From Candidatus Margulisiibacteriota bacterium (GTDB lineage Bacteria > Margulisbacteria > WOR-1 > O2-12-FULL-45-9): a stretch of 43,809 bases of DNA. The stretch lies in contig JAYEOW010000020.1 in assembly GCA_034723395.1 (NCBI GenBank), positions 1 to 43,809 of the forward strand, read 5' to 3'. A program made the position numbers and the translations under genes. The notes beneath the pieces are model-generated. The model was given only the letters and a program-made list of their open reading frames with translations, made no database searches and was not told the DNA's origin. This document shows, one piece after another, positions 35,245-43,178 of the stretch (position 1 is its first letter; every line of letters starts with the position of its first letter).

Positions 35245-35748
35245 CTAAATCTTGAATCCGCCGTGTTTCTTGAAATGTTCGACCAGTCCACCGTCTTTTA
35301 AGAGGGTCTGCATAGTGGGTGGGAGGGGAGCGGTCTTGATATCTTTGTTTTGTGTTTTGTTTTTTATAACACCGGCGCTAAGGTCGAGCTCGAGCTCGTC
35401 GCCCTCGCTGATCCCGTCGGTGTCTGCCTCGATCGCTGGGAGCCCAAGGTTATAGCAGTTGCGGTAAAAGATCCGGGCGAACGATTTGGCAATTACTGCA
35501 GAAATATTTGCATATTTTATCGCCATGGGAGCTTGTTCACGCGAGGATCCGCAGCCAAAGTTTGTCCCGGCGATGACGAAATCCCCTTTTTCTATTTTTT
35601 TATAGAAATCGGGATCGAGGTCTTCCATAACATGCTTGGCCAGTTCATTTGGGTCCTGGATCTTGAACTTATACCGTCCCGAAATTATATAGTCAGTATT
35701 AATATCGTTATCCTGTTTTAGACGCCGCGCTTTTCCATTTAACTTCAT
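35245..35748 (-). CDS. leuD: Aconitase-family dehydratase small (swivel) subunit, LeuD/HacB type
   Basis: [19 protein letters not shown] and SFARIFYRN motifs; substrate uncertain. Confidence 0.75.
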   Translation of the reverse strand: MKLNGKARRLKQDNDINTDYIISGRYKFKIQDPNELAKHVMEDLDPDFYKKIEKGDFVIAGTNFGCGSSREQAPMAIKYANISAVIAKSFARIFYRNCYNLGLPAIEADTDGISEGDELELDLSAGVIKNKTQNKDIKTAPLPPTMQTLLKDGGLVEHFKKHGGFKI

Positions 35749-36458
35749 TTTTCAAGCATCTCCGCGATCGTATTCCTTACCTCTTTGACTTTATTATTAT
35801 AATCCGCTTCAGATTTTATTTCAATCGGGGGAGCGACGCTAAATTTTACCGGGCAGGGATTAATTATCCAGGTTCCGCTCGGAATAATGTGGAAGCTTCC
35901 TGAGATCGCAACTGGAACGATTGGAGCTCCCGATTTTAGGGCGGCCAAAAGGCTTCCCCGCTTGAACCTTCCTAATTCACCCGTCCGGGTCCTTGTCCCT
36001 TCCGGAAAGATCAGGATCGATTCCCCGGCCTTAATAATTTCGATAATCTGTTCTACTATCCGATAAGCGCTAAGAACTAATCTCCGGTCGATCGACAGGT
36101 AGCCGGATTTTCTAAGATACCATCCGAGGATAGGGACTTTAAAGAGCTCTTTTTTAATTACAAAACGGAAATTGATCGGAAGATATGCCAGAACGAACAA
36201 GATGTCTGCCGCAGCCTGGTGGTTGGCGGCAATAATAACCGGTTTATCTTTGGGGATGTTTTCCATCCCCTCGAGGGTTACTTTTACCCCGCCAAAAAAC
36301 ATTAGAAACCGCGCCCAAAAACGGCCGGCAGTTTGAAAGGCATCTGTTTTTGACTTTGAAAAGAAAGAACAAACGGCGACGGTGATCGATCCCAGCGAAA
36401 AACTTACGGCAACGATCAAATAAAATAAAATTGTATGGATAAATCTAATGATGATCAT
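35745..36458 (-). CDS. plsC: 1-acyl-sn-glycerol-3-phosphate acyltransferase
   Basis: NHQAAAD (HX4D) and FPEGTR. The start was set at ATG 36458, 6 nt after TGnTATACT. Confidence 0.9.
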   Translation of the reverse strand: MIIIRFIHTILFYLIVAVSFSLGSITVAVCSFFSKSKTDAFQTAGRFWARFLMFFGGVKVTLEGMENIPKDKPVIIAANHQAAADILFVLAYLPINFRFVIKKELFKVPILGWYLRKSGYLSIDRRLVLSAYRIVEQIIEIIKAGESILIFPEGTRTRTGELGRFKRGSLLAALKSGAPIVPVAISGSFHIIPSGTWIINPCPVKFSVAPPIEIKSEADYNNKVKEVRNTIAEMLEK

Positions 36459-36490
36459 GCCATTAGTATAACAGATATGCAAAATCGAGT

Positions 36491-36514
36491 GAAATTTAAT
36501 AAAAGAACATTCGA
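36491..36514 (+). promoter_or_regulatory. Candidate alternative-sigma promoter GAAATT-N14-TCGA (copy 3)
   Basis: GAAATTtaataaaagaacatTCGAaat, 18 nt before ATG 36533. Confidence 0.55.
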
Positions 36515-36532
36515 AATAGCAGTAGAAGAATT

Positions 36533-36796
36533 ATGGAAATAACCAGAATTGACGAGACTAATCAGACATTAATAAGCCGGGGGATAGAAGGGAAAAGGGC
36601 TGGTTGTAAAATTTGTATCTACTACACAGATGTTGTCTGCACAATTCCGAACTTAAGGTTTAAGATTTGTCAGAGTTGTCCGCGAGCGGTAGGATTTATC
36701 AAGAAAAGCGCGGTGAAATCGCTGTTTGCCCATATCAGATCTTTTACTATCTCTCTTCTAGATAAATTACCCGGGCAAGCTCTTCCTTTGAAGTAA
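36533..36796 (+). CDS. Small Cys-rich hypothetical protein (CxxC...C...CxxC)
   Basis: 87-aa ORF filling the gap between plsC and the ATPase; CKIC, VVC and CQSC; preceded by the shared motif. Confidence 0.6.
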   Translation: MEITRIDETNQTLISRGIEGKRAGCKICIYYTDVVCTIPNLRFKICQSCPRAVGFIKKSAVKSLFAHIRSFTISLLDKLPGQALPLK

Positions 36797-37730
36797 TTCC
36801 CTGCAAAGCTTTTAACTCTCCTTTTTCGGCTAATGTTTTCATTCCAGGATGAGGGGTAATGCCGAGCATGATTTCATATAGGCCGATCCTTCCTTTGTAT
36901 CCGTGGGCAGATTTTTTCCTAATTAACCGCTGGGCGATGACGCCGATAACTGATGCCTCAACTAAATAACGGTCGATTCCCATGTCGATTAATCTGGTGA
37001 CGGCAGAAGGGGCGTCGTTGGTGTGCAGGGTTGAGAATACAAGATGCCCGGTTAACGCCGCTTGAAAAGCGATCTTGGCGGTTTCTACGTCCCGAATTTC
37101 TCCGACCATGATAATATCCGGATCTTGCCGCAAAAAACTTCTAAGCCCGCGCGAAAAGGTAAGCCCCGCTTTCGGGTTCACCTGGACCTGATTTATCCCC
37201 GGCAGCTGATATTCGACCGGATCTTCGATGGTTAAAATATTTGTCTCCTTAGAATTTAACTTGTTTAAGGTTGCGTAAAGGGTGGTTGTTTTTCCCGATC
37301 CGGTCGGTCCGGTAACCAGGATGATCCCATTTCTTTTGGCGATCATCTTTTTATAAAGGTCTAGGTCCTCCTTTTCCATCCCAAGTTCTTCCAGGCTTAG
37401 ACAGGCGTGTTTTCTATTTAACAATCTCATAACCACTTTTTCCCCGTAGAGAGTTGGAGTGGTCGAGACACGGATATCCATGTTTTTCTGGTTTGTCCTC
37501 CCATCTTGGGGCAGCCGGTTTTCGGCGATATCTAGATTAACCAAAACCTTTACTCTTGAAATAAGCGAGGCCTGTTTTGATTTGTGGATCGGTTTGTCAT
37601 CTTGGAGGAGGCCGTCTACCCGATAGCGGATCCGAAGGAACTCCTCCCGCGGTTCGAGATGAATGTCAGAAGCGTTAAGTTCGATTGCTTTTTTGATAAT
37701 ATTATCTAGTAGTTCGGGGGTGGAGATCAT
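36747..37730 (-). CDS. GspE/PilB family secretion/pilus ATPase, minimal form
   Basis: ASDIHLEP, RLPQDGR, GPTGSGKTTTLY, TIEDPVEY, LRQDPDIIMVGEIRD and TGHLVFSTLHTN motifs. Confidence 0.92.
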   Translation of the reverse strand: MISTPELLDNIIKKAIELNASDIHLEPREEFLRIRYRVDGLLQDDKPIHKSKQASLISRVKVLVNLDIAENRLPQDGRTNQKNMDIRVSTTPTLYGEKVVMRLLNRKHACLSLEELGMEKEDLDLYKKMIAKRNGIILVTGPTGSGKTTTLYATLNKLNSKETNILTIEDPVEYQLPGINQVQVNPKAGLTFSRGLRSFLRQDPDIIMVGEIRDVETAKIAFQAALTGHLVFSTLHTNDAPSAVTRLIDMGIDRYLVEASVIGVIAQRLIRKKSAHGYKGRIGLYEIMLGITPHPGMKTLAEKGELKALQGITSKEELARVIYLEER

Positions 37731-37742
37731 AATAACACTATA

Positions 37743-37759
37743 AGCAATTTTATTACCAG
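37743..37759 (-). promoter_or_regulatory. Putative sigma54 (-24/-12) promoter
   Basis: The minus strand reads CTGGTAATAAAATTGCT, with GG-N10-GC spacing and TTGC as in YTGGCACGRNNNTTGCW, 12 nt before the ATG. Confidence 0.6.
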
Positions 37760-37801
37760 GTTGTTTGAAGGGGAATTGTGGTTGTTAGCGTCGAATTTAC
37801 G

Positions 37802-38647
37802 TCACTTAAGCGCGGCCAGGCCGGCTTTACGCATAACTTCGATCGGTGCCTCTTTGCCGGTCCAAAGGGTGAGCGCCAGCGCGCCTTGACGTACCAGCAT
37901 GCCTAAGCCAGAGCAAATTTTTGCTCCAGCGGCCTTAGCATCCCTTAATAATTTTGTTTCTGAGGGGTTATAGACAAGATCGTAAACCACAAGCATTTTA
38001 TGAAGTTTAATTCCCTTTTCCAGCGGAGAGGTCTTTTCATTTGGATGCATGCCGATCGGAGTCGAATTAACCAAGAGATCCGCATCATCGATCGTGAGCT
38101 GGAGCTCGTGGCTGTTCGGCTCAACGTAATTGCATTCGATATTAAAGTAGGAGCCGATATATTCGGATAGCGATTTTGCTTTTTCGCCATCGATATCAGT
38201 AATTACTAATGATCTTGCCTTTGCCTCGGCCAGCATTACCGATACTGCCCGGGCAGCCCCGCCGGCGCCGAGCAAAACGATATCTTTTCCTTTCGAGCCA
38301 AATTTCGCATCCTCTTTTAATGATTCAACAAAGCCTGCGCCATCTGTATTATAACCGACCAACCGTCCTTCCTGGTTAACTACCGTATTAACCGCGCCGA
38401 TGATCCGCGCATTTTTGGTAACTTCATCAATTAGCGGGATAATAGTTTCTTTGTGAGGGATCGTAATGTTAAATCCGGCAATATGCAGAGCACGCATTCC
38501 TTTTAATGCTTCCTCAAGATCCTTTGGATTTACCTCAAACGGTTCATATTCCCAGTCTAATTTGAGCTTTTTAAGTGCCGCATTATGCATTGCGGGGGAG
38601 ATAGAATGTCCCAGCGGATAGCCTATTATTCCAACGACTCTTCGCAT
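37802..38647 (-). CDS. aroE: Shikimate dehydrogenase
   Basis: HSISPAMHN, NITIPHK, GAVNT, NTDGAG, GAGGAA and GLGMLVRQG motifs. Confidence 0.97.
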   Translation of the reverse strand: MRRVVGIIGYPLGHSISPAMHNAALKKLKLDWEYEPFEVNPKDLEEALKGMRALHIAGFNITIPHKETIIPLIDEVTKNARIIGAVNTVVNQEGRLVGYNTDGAGFVESLKEDAKFGSKGKDIVLLGAGGAARAVSVMLAEAKARSLVITDIDGEKAKSLSEYIGSYFNIECNYVEPNSHELQLTIDDADLLVNSTPIGMHPNEKTSPLEKGIKLHKMLVVYDLVYNPSETKLLRDAKAAGAKICSGLGMLVRQGALALTLWTGKEAPIEVMRKAGLAALK

Positions 38648-38671
38648 AGCAAGCGCAGTATAGCATATTTA

Positions 38672-38697
38672 TCTGCCGAAGGGGTAGCGGAGGCGGA
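38672..38697 (+). repeat. Degenerate palindrome TCTGCC-GAAG-GGGTA-GCGGA-GGCGGA, similar in design to the hisC element
   Basis: 6-bp outer stem (one G-T pair) enclosing GAAG...GCGGA, lying between divergent promoters. Confidence 0.45.
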
Positions 38698-38698
38698 G

Positions 38699-38727
38699 TT
38701 GTAAATCATAAAAAAGTAAGATATAAT
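38699..38727 (+). promoter_or_regulatory. sigma70 promoter of the citrate synthase-purE-aroA operon
   Basis: TTGTAA-N17-TATAAT, then a GAGGAGG SD and the ATG at 38750. Confidence 0.7.
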
Positions 38728-38749
38728 CAATAATTGAGGAGGGTAAACT

Positions 38750-39982
38750 ATGCCAAAAGTCCACATTATCGATGTAACAAACCGCGATGGGGTCCAAACT
38801 TCACGGATCGGGCTTGCCAAGCTGGAGAAGACCATTATTAACATGTATCTGAGTGATCTGGGGGTTTTCCAGTCGGAATTTGGCTTTCCATTTACTCATC
38901 ATGAAACGAATTATATCAACGCAAACCTGGAATTGGCCGAAATGGGACTAATTTCCCCAATGCGGCTTGAAGGTTGGTGCCGGGCGATAAAAAAAGATGT
39001 AGATCTGGCGTTCGAGCTTTGCCCAAAAATAAAACATCTAAACCTTTCGATCTCAACTTCACCTTTGATGCTGGAGTTAAAATTCAAGGGTAAAATGACC
39101 ATGGATTCGGTAGTTGAATCGATGGTCGATGCGGTTAATGCCGCTTATAAGTATGGGGCAGAAAGTGTTGGGGTAAACGCCGAGGACGCTTCCCGGACGG
39201 ACGTGGATGACCTGATCAAGTTTGCCAAAGGGGCCAAAAGCGTGGGGGCGACGCGGGTTCGGTATTGCGATACGCTGGGAACCGACGGTCCGCTGACGAT
39301 CTATGAACGAATGAAAACGCTCGCTTTAGAAACTAAGATAGATTGGGAAATGCATTGTCATAACGACCTCGGGATGGGGGTTGCTTGTTCAGTGGCGGGA
39401 GCAAAAGGGATTGTTGACGGCGGCCAGGACGCTTACATTAATACGACGATAAACGGGGTAGGCGAGAGGGCGGGAAATGCGGACCTCCTCTCGGTTTTGC
39501 TCGCACTGAAATATGCCAGCGGATTCAAGGATAAAGACCTGTTTCCTAAAGAGATAAAACTTGAAAAGATCTGGGAATTTGCAAAATATGCCTCCTACGC
39601 GTTTGGGATCCCGATCACGGTTAACCAGGTAGGGGTGGGGGCAAATGCTTTTGCTCACGAATCGGGGATCCATGCCGATGGGGCGTTAAAGAACCGGAGA
39701 AATTATGAATTATATGATTATGAAGAGCTTGGCCGGGGGGAAGATGAACTGGTTGAGACCGGAAGGATGATAACGGTTGGTGAATACTCGGGAATTAAAG
39801 GATTCCGCAACGTTTATGGGAGCCTGGAGGTTGAGTTTAAGGACGATAAAGAGGCGGCCCGGGTTCTAGAGCTTGTTCGCTATGCCAACGTACATACTCA
39901 AAAACCACTGACTAAAAATGAGTTGTTGTTCGTAGCAAAGTATCCAAAGCAAGCAGAAAAGATAATGACTGTTGCCCCCTAA
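38750..39982 (+). CDS. DRE-TIM metallolyase, probable Re-citrate synthase (homocitrate synthase family)
   Basis: DVTNRDGVQT, HCHNDLG, NGVGERAGNAD and AHESGIHADG. The N-terminus resembles, from memory, the Dehalococcoides Re-citrate synthase subfamily. Confidence 0.75.
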   Translation: MPKVHIIDVTNRDGVQTSRIGLAKLEKTIINMYLSDLGVFQSEFGFPFTHHETNYINANLELAEMGLISPMRLEGWCRAIKKDVDLAFELCPKIKHLNLSISTSPLMLELKFKGKMTMDSVVESMVDAVNAAYKYGAESVGVNAEDASRTDVDDLIKFAKGAKSVGATRVRYCDTLGTDGPLTIYERMKTLALETKIDWEMHCHNDLGMGVACSVAGAKGIVDGGQDAYINTTINGVGERAGNADLLSVLLALKYASGFKDKDLFPKEIKLEKIWEFAKYASYAFGIPITVNQVGVGANAFAHESGIHADGALKNRRNYELYDYEELGRGEDELVETGRMITVGEYSGIKGFRNVYGSLEVEFKDDKEAARVLELVRYANVHTQKPLTKNELLFVAKYPKQAEKIMTVAP

Positions 39983-39998
39983 ATTATTGGGAGGATAT

Positions 39999-40454
39999 AT
40001 GCCTAAACCAAAAGTAGGGATCATTACCGGCAGTAAATCTGATCTTCCGATCGTTGAGAAAGTTGAAAAGCAATTAGCAGGGTTTGGGATTGATTATGAT
40101 GTGACCGTCGCCTCGGCCCACCGCACCCCTTTAAAAGTTGATAAATATGCAAAAGCCGCAGAAAAAAAATATGACCTGGTCATTGCTGCGGCGGGAATGG
40201 CGGCGGCTCTTCCGGGGGTAGTAGCTGCGCAGACGACTTTACCGGTAATTGGGATTCCTGTCCATTCAAAAGCGTTGTCCGGGCATGATGCCCTCTTTGC
40301 GATCGTACAGATGCCATCCGGAGTCCCGGTCGCGACGGTGGCGATCGATGGGGCAAAAAATGCGGCGATCCTGGCGGCGCAGATTCTAGCTTTAAAGTAT
40401 CCCAAAATAAGAGCGGAGCTGAAAAAGTTTAAATCCCGGCTTGCCAAGGGATAG
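39999..40454 (+). CDS. purE: N5-carboxyaminoimidazole ribonucleotide mutase
   Basis: GSKSD, SAHRTP and IVQMPSGVPVATV; the ATG at 39999 follows GGGAGG. Confidence 0.97.
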   Translation: MPKPKVGIITGSKSDLPIVEKVEKQLAGFGIDYDVTVASAHRTPLKVDKYAKAAEKKYDLVIAAAGMAAALPGVVAAQTTLPVIGIPVHSKALSGHDALFAIVQMPSGVPVATVAIDGAKNAAILAAQILALKYPKIRAELKKFKSRLAKG

Positions 40455-40456
40455 AG

Positions 40457-41158
40457 ATGTTTGATTTAATCGTCGGGTTTGTAATATTTTGTTTTATTTT
40501 CTTAGGGACAAGAGAAGGGATCGTAAAATCCCTGGCGAGTGTCGTCCTGGTTTTTGCTTCGCTTTTTCTGGCATCATATGCTATTGCCATCCTTTCCGGC
40601 GGCGCCCCGCGATTTAGCGATCCATCTTATGCGGGTACGATCGGGTTGTTTTTCTTGATCTGGATAGTTACCTATATCTTTTTTGATATATTGCTCATGT
40701 TTTTGATCAGAAAAATAGTAAAAGTTATTGTTTTAGGGCCGGTAGATATTATTGGTGGAATGTTTGTCGGGGGGGGCAAGGGATTCTTGATTTGCGGGAT
40801 AATAATTCAGATGGTACTGTCCCTGCCGATTTCAGAAGCTACCAGAGAACAAGCCTTAAATTCAATTCTTAGCCGGCTATCGCTTTCGTCTTACAAGTTG
40901 ACCTATCCCTATTTTAGGGGACTTGCGCCAAAAAGGTTTTTTACAAATATTGATGAAATAAACCTGATGGAGAGGTTGGGGAGCCCAAAAGCTAGATATT
41001 TAGATGTAGAAAAGAGGGAAACGCCGGATGTTTTGCTGCGCGATGCAACAATATTTCAAAGAAATATTTTAGATAGGGAGAGGAAACTACAGAAGCTCAT
41101 AGACCAGAGAAAGCTTATTCCCGATGTCCCCCCGGGATTAACTAAAGAAGTAAAATGA
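40457..41158 (+). CDS. CvpA (colicin V production) family membrane protein
   Basis: MFDLIV...G.REGIVKSL, four TM segments and D.I.G.F.GG.KG; next to a pur gene. Confidence 0.75.
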   Translation: MFDLIVGFVIFCFIFLGTREGIVKSLASVVLVFASLFLASYAIAILSGGAPRFSDPSYAGTIGLFFLIWIVTYIFFDILLMFLIRKIVKVIVLGPVDIIGGMFVGGGKGFLICGIIIQMVLSLPISEATREQALNSILSRLSLSSYKLTYPYFRGLAPKRFFTNIDEINLMERLGSPKARYLDVEKRETPDVLLRDATIFQRNILDRERKLQKLIDQRKLIPDVPPGLTKEVK

Positions 41159-42330
41159 AACACATAATTCTCATCGGAGACGGGATGTCGGATAAACCGC
41201 TAAAACGATTAAAAGGGAAAACCCCGCTTGAAGCCGCCAGGACTCCGAATATGGACCATATTGCCAAGGGTGGGATCTGCGGCTGGGCGAATAATGTTCC
41301 CAAGGGAATGCATCCCGGTTCAGACGTTGCCGGTATGAGCATTTTTGGCTACAACCCGAAAAAATATTATTCGGGGAGGGGCCCGCTTGAAGCGGCAAGC
41401 TTGGGGGTCAAGTTAAAGAAGGGCGATATTGCCTTCCGTTGTAATTTAGTCACCGTAAAAGGTCGGAAGATGAAAGATTTTACGGCCGGCCATATTGGGA
41501 CAGGGGAGGCAAAAAGGGCGATCAGGGAGATCCAGGGGAAATTAGGGAGAAGAGGGATTAAGTTTTATCCAGGCCTTAGTTATCGGCATCTTTTAGTAGT
41601 TAGTAGTGCAGTAGTTGGTAGTGCCGTCAGGTGTGTACCACCGCATGATATTACGGGGAAAAAGATTGCGCCTTATTTGCCGAAGGGAAAAAGGTCAGAC
41701 ATCTTACTTCAGTTGATGAACGAAAGTGAAGTGCTCTTACACGAGATGAAAACAAAGGCGACTATGATCTGGCCATGGGGGCAGGGGGGAGAGCCCAAGA
41801 TGCCGTCGTTTAAAAAGAAATATGGCAAGAAGGGCGCGATTATAACTGCTGTCCATCTTTTAAAGGGATTAGGAAAGATTCTCGGTCTGGAAGTAATTAA
41901 TGTCCCAGGAGCGACCGGGTATTTGGATACTGACTATAAAGGGAAAGCGCAGTATGCCTTAAAGGCATTAAAAAGAAACGCTGTGGTTTTTGTCCACGTT
42001 GAGGCACCGGATGAAGCGGGGCACGAGGGGAGCATTCGAAAGAAAGTTAAGGCTATAGAAGATTTTGATAGGTTGGTGGTTGGAACTATCCTAAAGGATA
42101 TGAGATATGAGAGATGTGATATGAGAGTTATGGTGCTGCCCGATCATCCAACCCCGATTGCTGATATGACCCACACGATGGACGCAGTCCCTTTTGCAAT
42201 CTTCCCATCTCGCGTATCACGTATCGCGTCTCACATCTCTGGTTATAGCGAGAAACAAATCAAGAAATCGAAGATTAAGATTAAAGATGGCTATACGTTA
42301 CTAGGAAAGTTTTTGGGAGGGAAGCTATGA
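41155..42330 (+). CDS. apgM: Cofactor-independent phosphoglycerate mutase, ApgM type
   Basis: GDGMSD, TPLEAARTPNMD, PGSDVA, GRGPLEA, HVEAPDEAGH and DHPTP motifs. Confidence 0.88.
   Translation: MKHIILIGDGMSDKPLKRLKGKTPLEAARTPNMDHIAKGGICGWANNVPKGMHPGSDVAGMSIFGYNPKKYYSGRGPLEAASLGVKLKKGDIAFRCNLVTVKGRKMKDFTAGHIGTGEAKRAIREIQGKLGRRGIKFYPGLSYRHLLVVSSAVVGSAVRCVPPHDITGKKIAPYLPKGKRSDILLQLMNESEVLLHEMKTKATMIWPWGQGGEPKMPSFKKKYGKKGAIITAVHLLKGLGKILGLEVINVPGATGYLDTDYKGKAQYALKALKRNAVVFVHVEAPDEAGHEGSIRKKVKAIEDFDRLVVGTILKDMRYERCDMRVMVLPDHPTPIADMTHTMDAVPFAIFPSRVSRIASHISGYSEKQIKKSKIKIKDGYTLLGKFLGGKL
41596..41625 (+). repeat. Tandem 15-mer GTAGTTRGTAGTGCM inside apgM
   Basis: gtagttagtagtgca/gtagttggtagtgcc; its first 13 nt also occur exactly in nadC at 17152-17164. 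Confidence 0.7.
42097..42237 (+). repeat. Inverted pair of heptamer arrays inside apgM
   Basis: GATATGA-like x4 at 42097-42124 and TCNCRTM-like x5 at 42203-42237, roughly complementary with G-T pairs. Confidence 0.7.
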
Positions 42331-43178
42331 ATATTGCAATTATCGGACTAGGATTAATTGGCGGGTCGATCGGCTTGGCGCTAAAAAATACTTCGGCGGG
42401 GATTGCTGTGATTGGCATTCCTCGACGCGAAGTAACTATTCAAGAAGCGATCGGTCGGAAAGCGATCGACTGGGGGACAACTGATACCGAAAAAGGAATT
42501 AAAGATGCGGATATCGTTTTTATCTGCACGCCGATCAATTTGATAATTCCAAAACTTAAAGAATTTGCTCCGATGTTAAAGAAAGGGGCGATCGTTACCG
42601 ATGTAGGGAGCTCTAAAGCGGGAATTGTTTCCCAAGCTGAAAAATTAATGCCCAAAGGGACCTATTTTGTCGGCGGGCATCCGATGGCGGGGAAAGAGAA
42701 AGTAAAAATTCAAGCAGCCGAGCTCGACTTATTGAAGGATAAGACTTATGTATTAACGGAGACAGCTAGGACAAGTAAAAAAGCTTTAGAAAAGATGGAA
42801 GAGGTAGTGAAAATGATTGGGAGTAAAGTTGTTAAAATGGATCCCAAGCTTCACGACTTGGTTGCTGCAGGAATTTCTCATATGCCATTGGCCGTTGCGG
42901 TTGCTTTAGTTAATACAATTGCAGATTCAGAAAAGGGTAAGGATGAGATGAAAGCCTGTGCGGTTTCTGGCTTCCGTGATACAACTAGGATTGCCTCCGG
43001 CGATCCTATTCTCGGAGTCGATATGTTTACAACCAACAAAAAAGCGGTTTTAAAACAACTTTCTGCCTTCAAGAAATCTTTGTCCAAAATGGAAAAGCTG
43101 ATCAGAGAGAGCGATGTTTCTAAGCTTGAGACCGAACTAAAAAGGGCGAAAGAATTTAGGGATCCGATCTATGGCTAA
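42327..43178 (+). CDS. tyrA: Prephenate/arogenate dehydrogenase
   Basis: GLGLIGGS, TDVGSSK, GGHPMAG, HD..A.ISH.P and GFRDTTRIA motifs. Confidence 0.95.
   Translation: MNIAIIGLGLIGGSIGLALKNTSAGIAVIGIPRREVTIQEAIGRKAIDWGTTDTEKGIKDADIVFICTPINLIIPKLKEFAPMLKKGAIVTDVGSSKAGIVSQAEKLMPKGTYFVGGHPMAGKEKVKIQAAELDLLKDKTYVLTETARTSKKALEKMEEVVKMIGSKVVKMDPKLHDLVAAGISHMPLAVAVALVNTIADSEKGKDEMKACAVSGFRDTTRIASGDPILGVDMFTTNKKAVLKQLSAFKKSLSKMEKLIRESDVSKLETELKRAKEFRDPIYG

Noticed and set aside
38750..39982. nifV or nitrogen fixation
   Set aside because: There are no nif genes in the window and the sequence signature fits another subfamily better.
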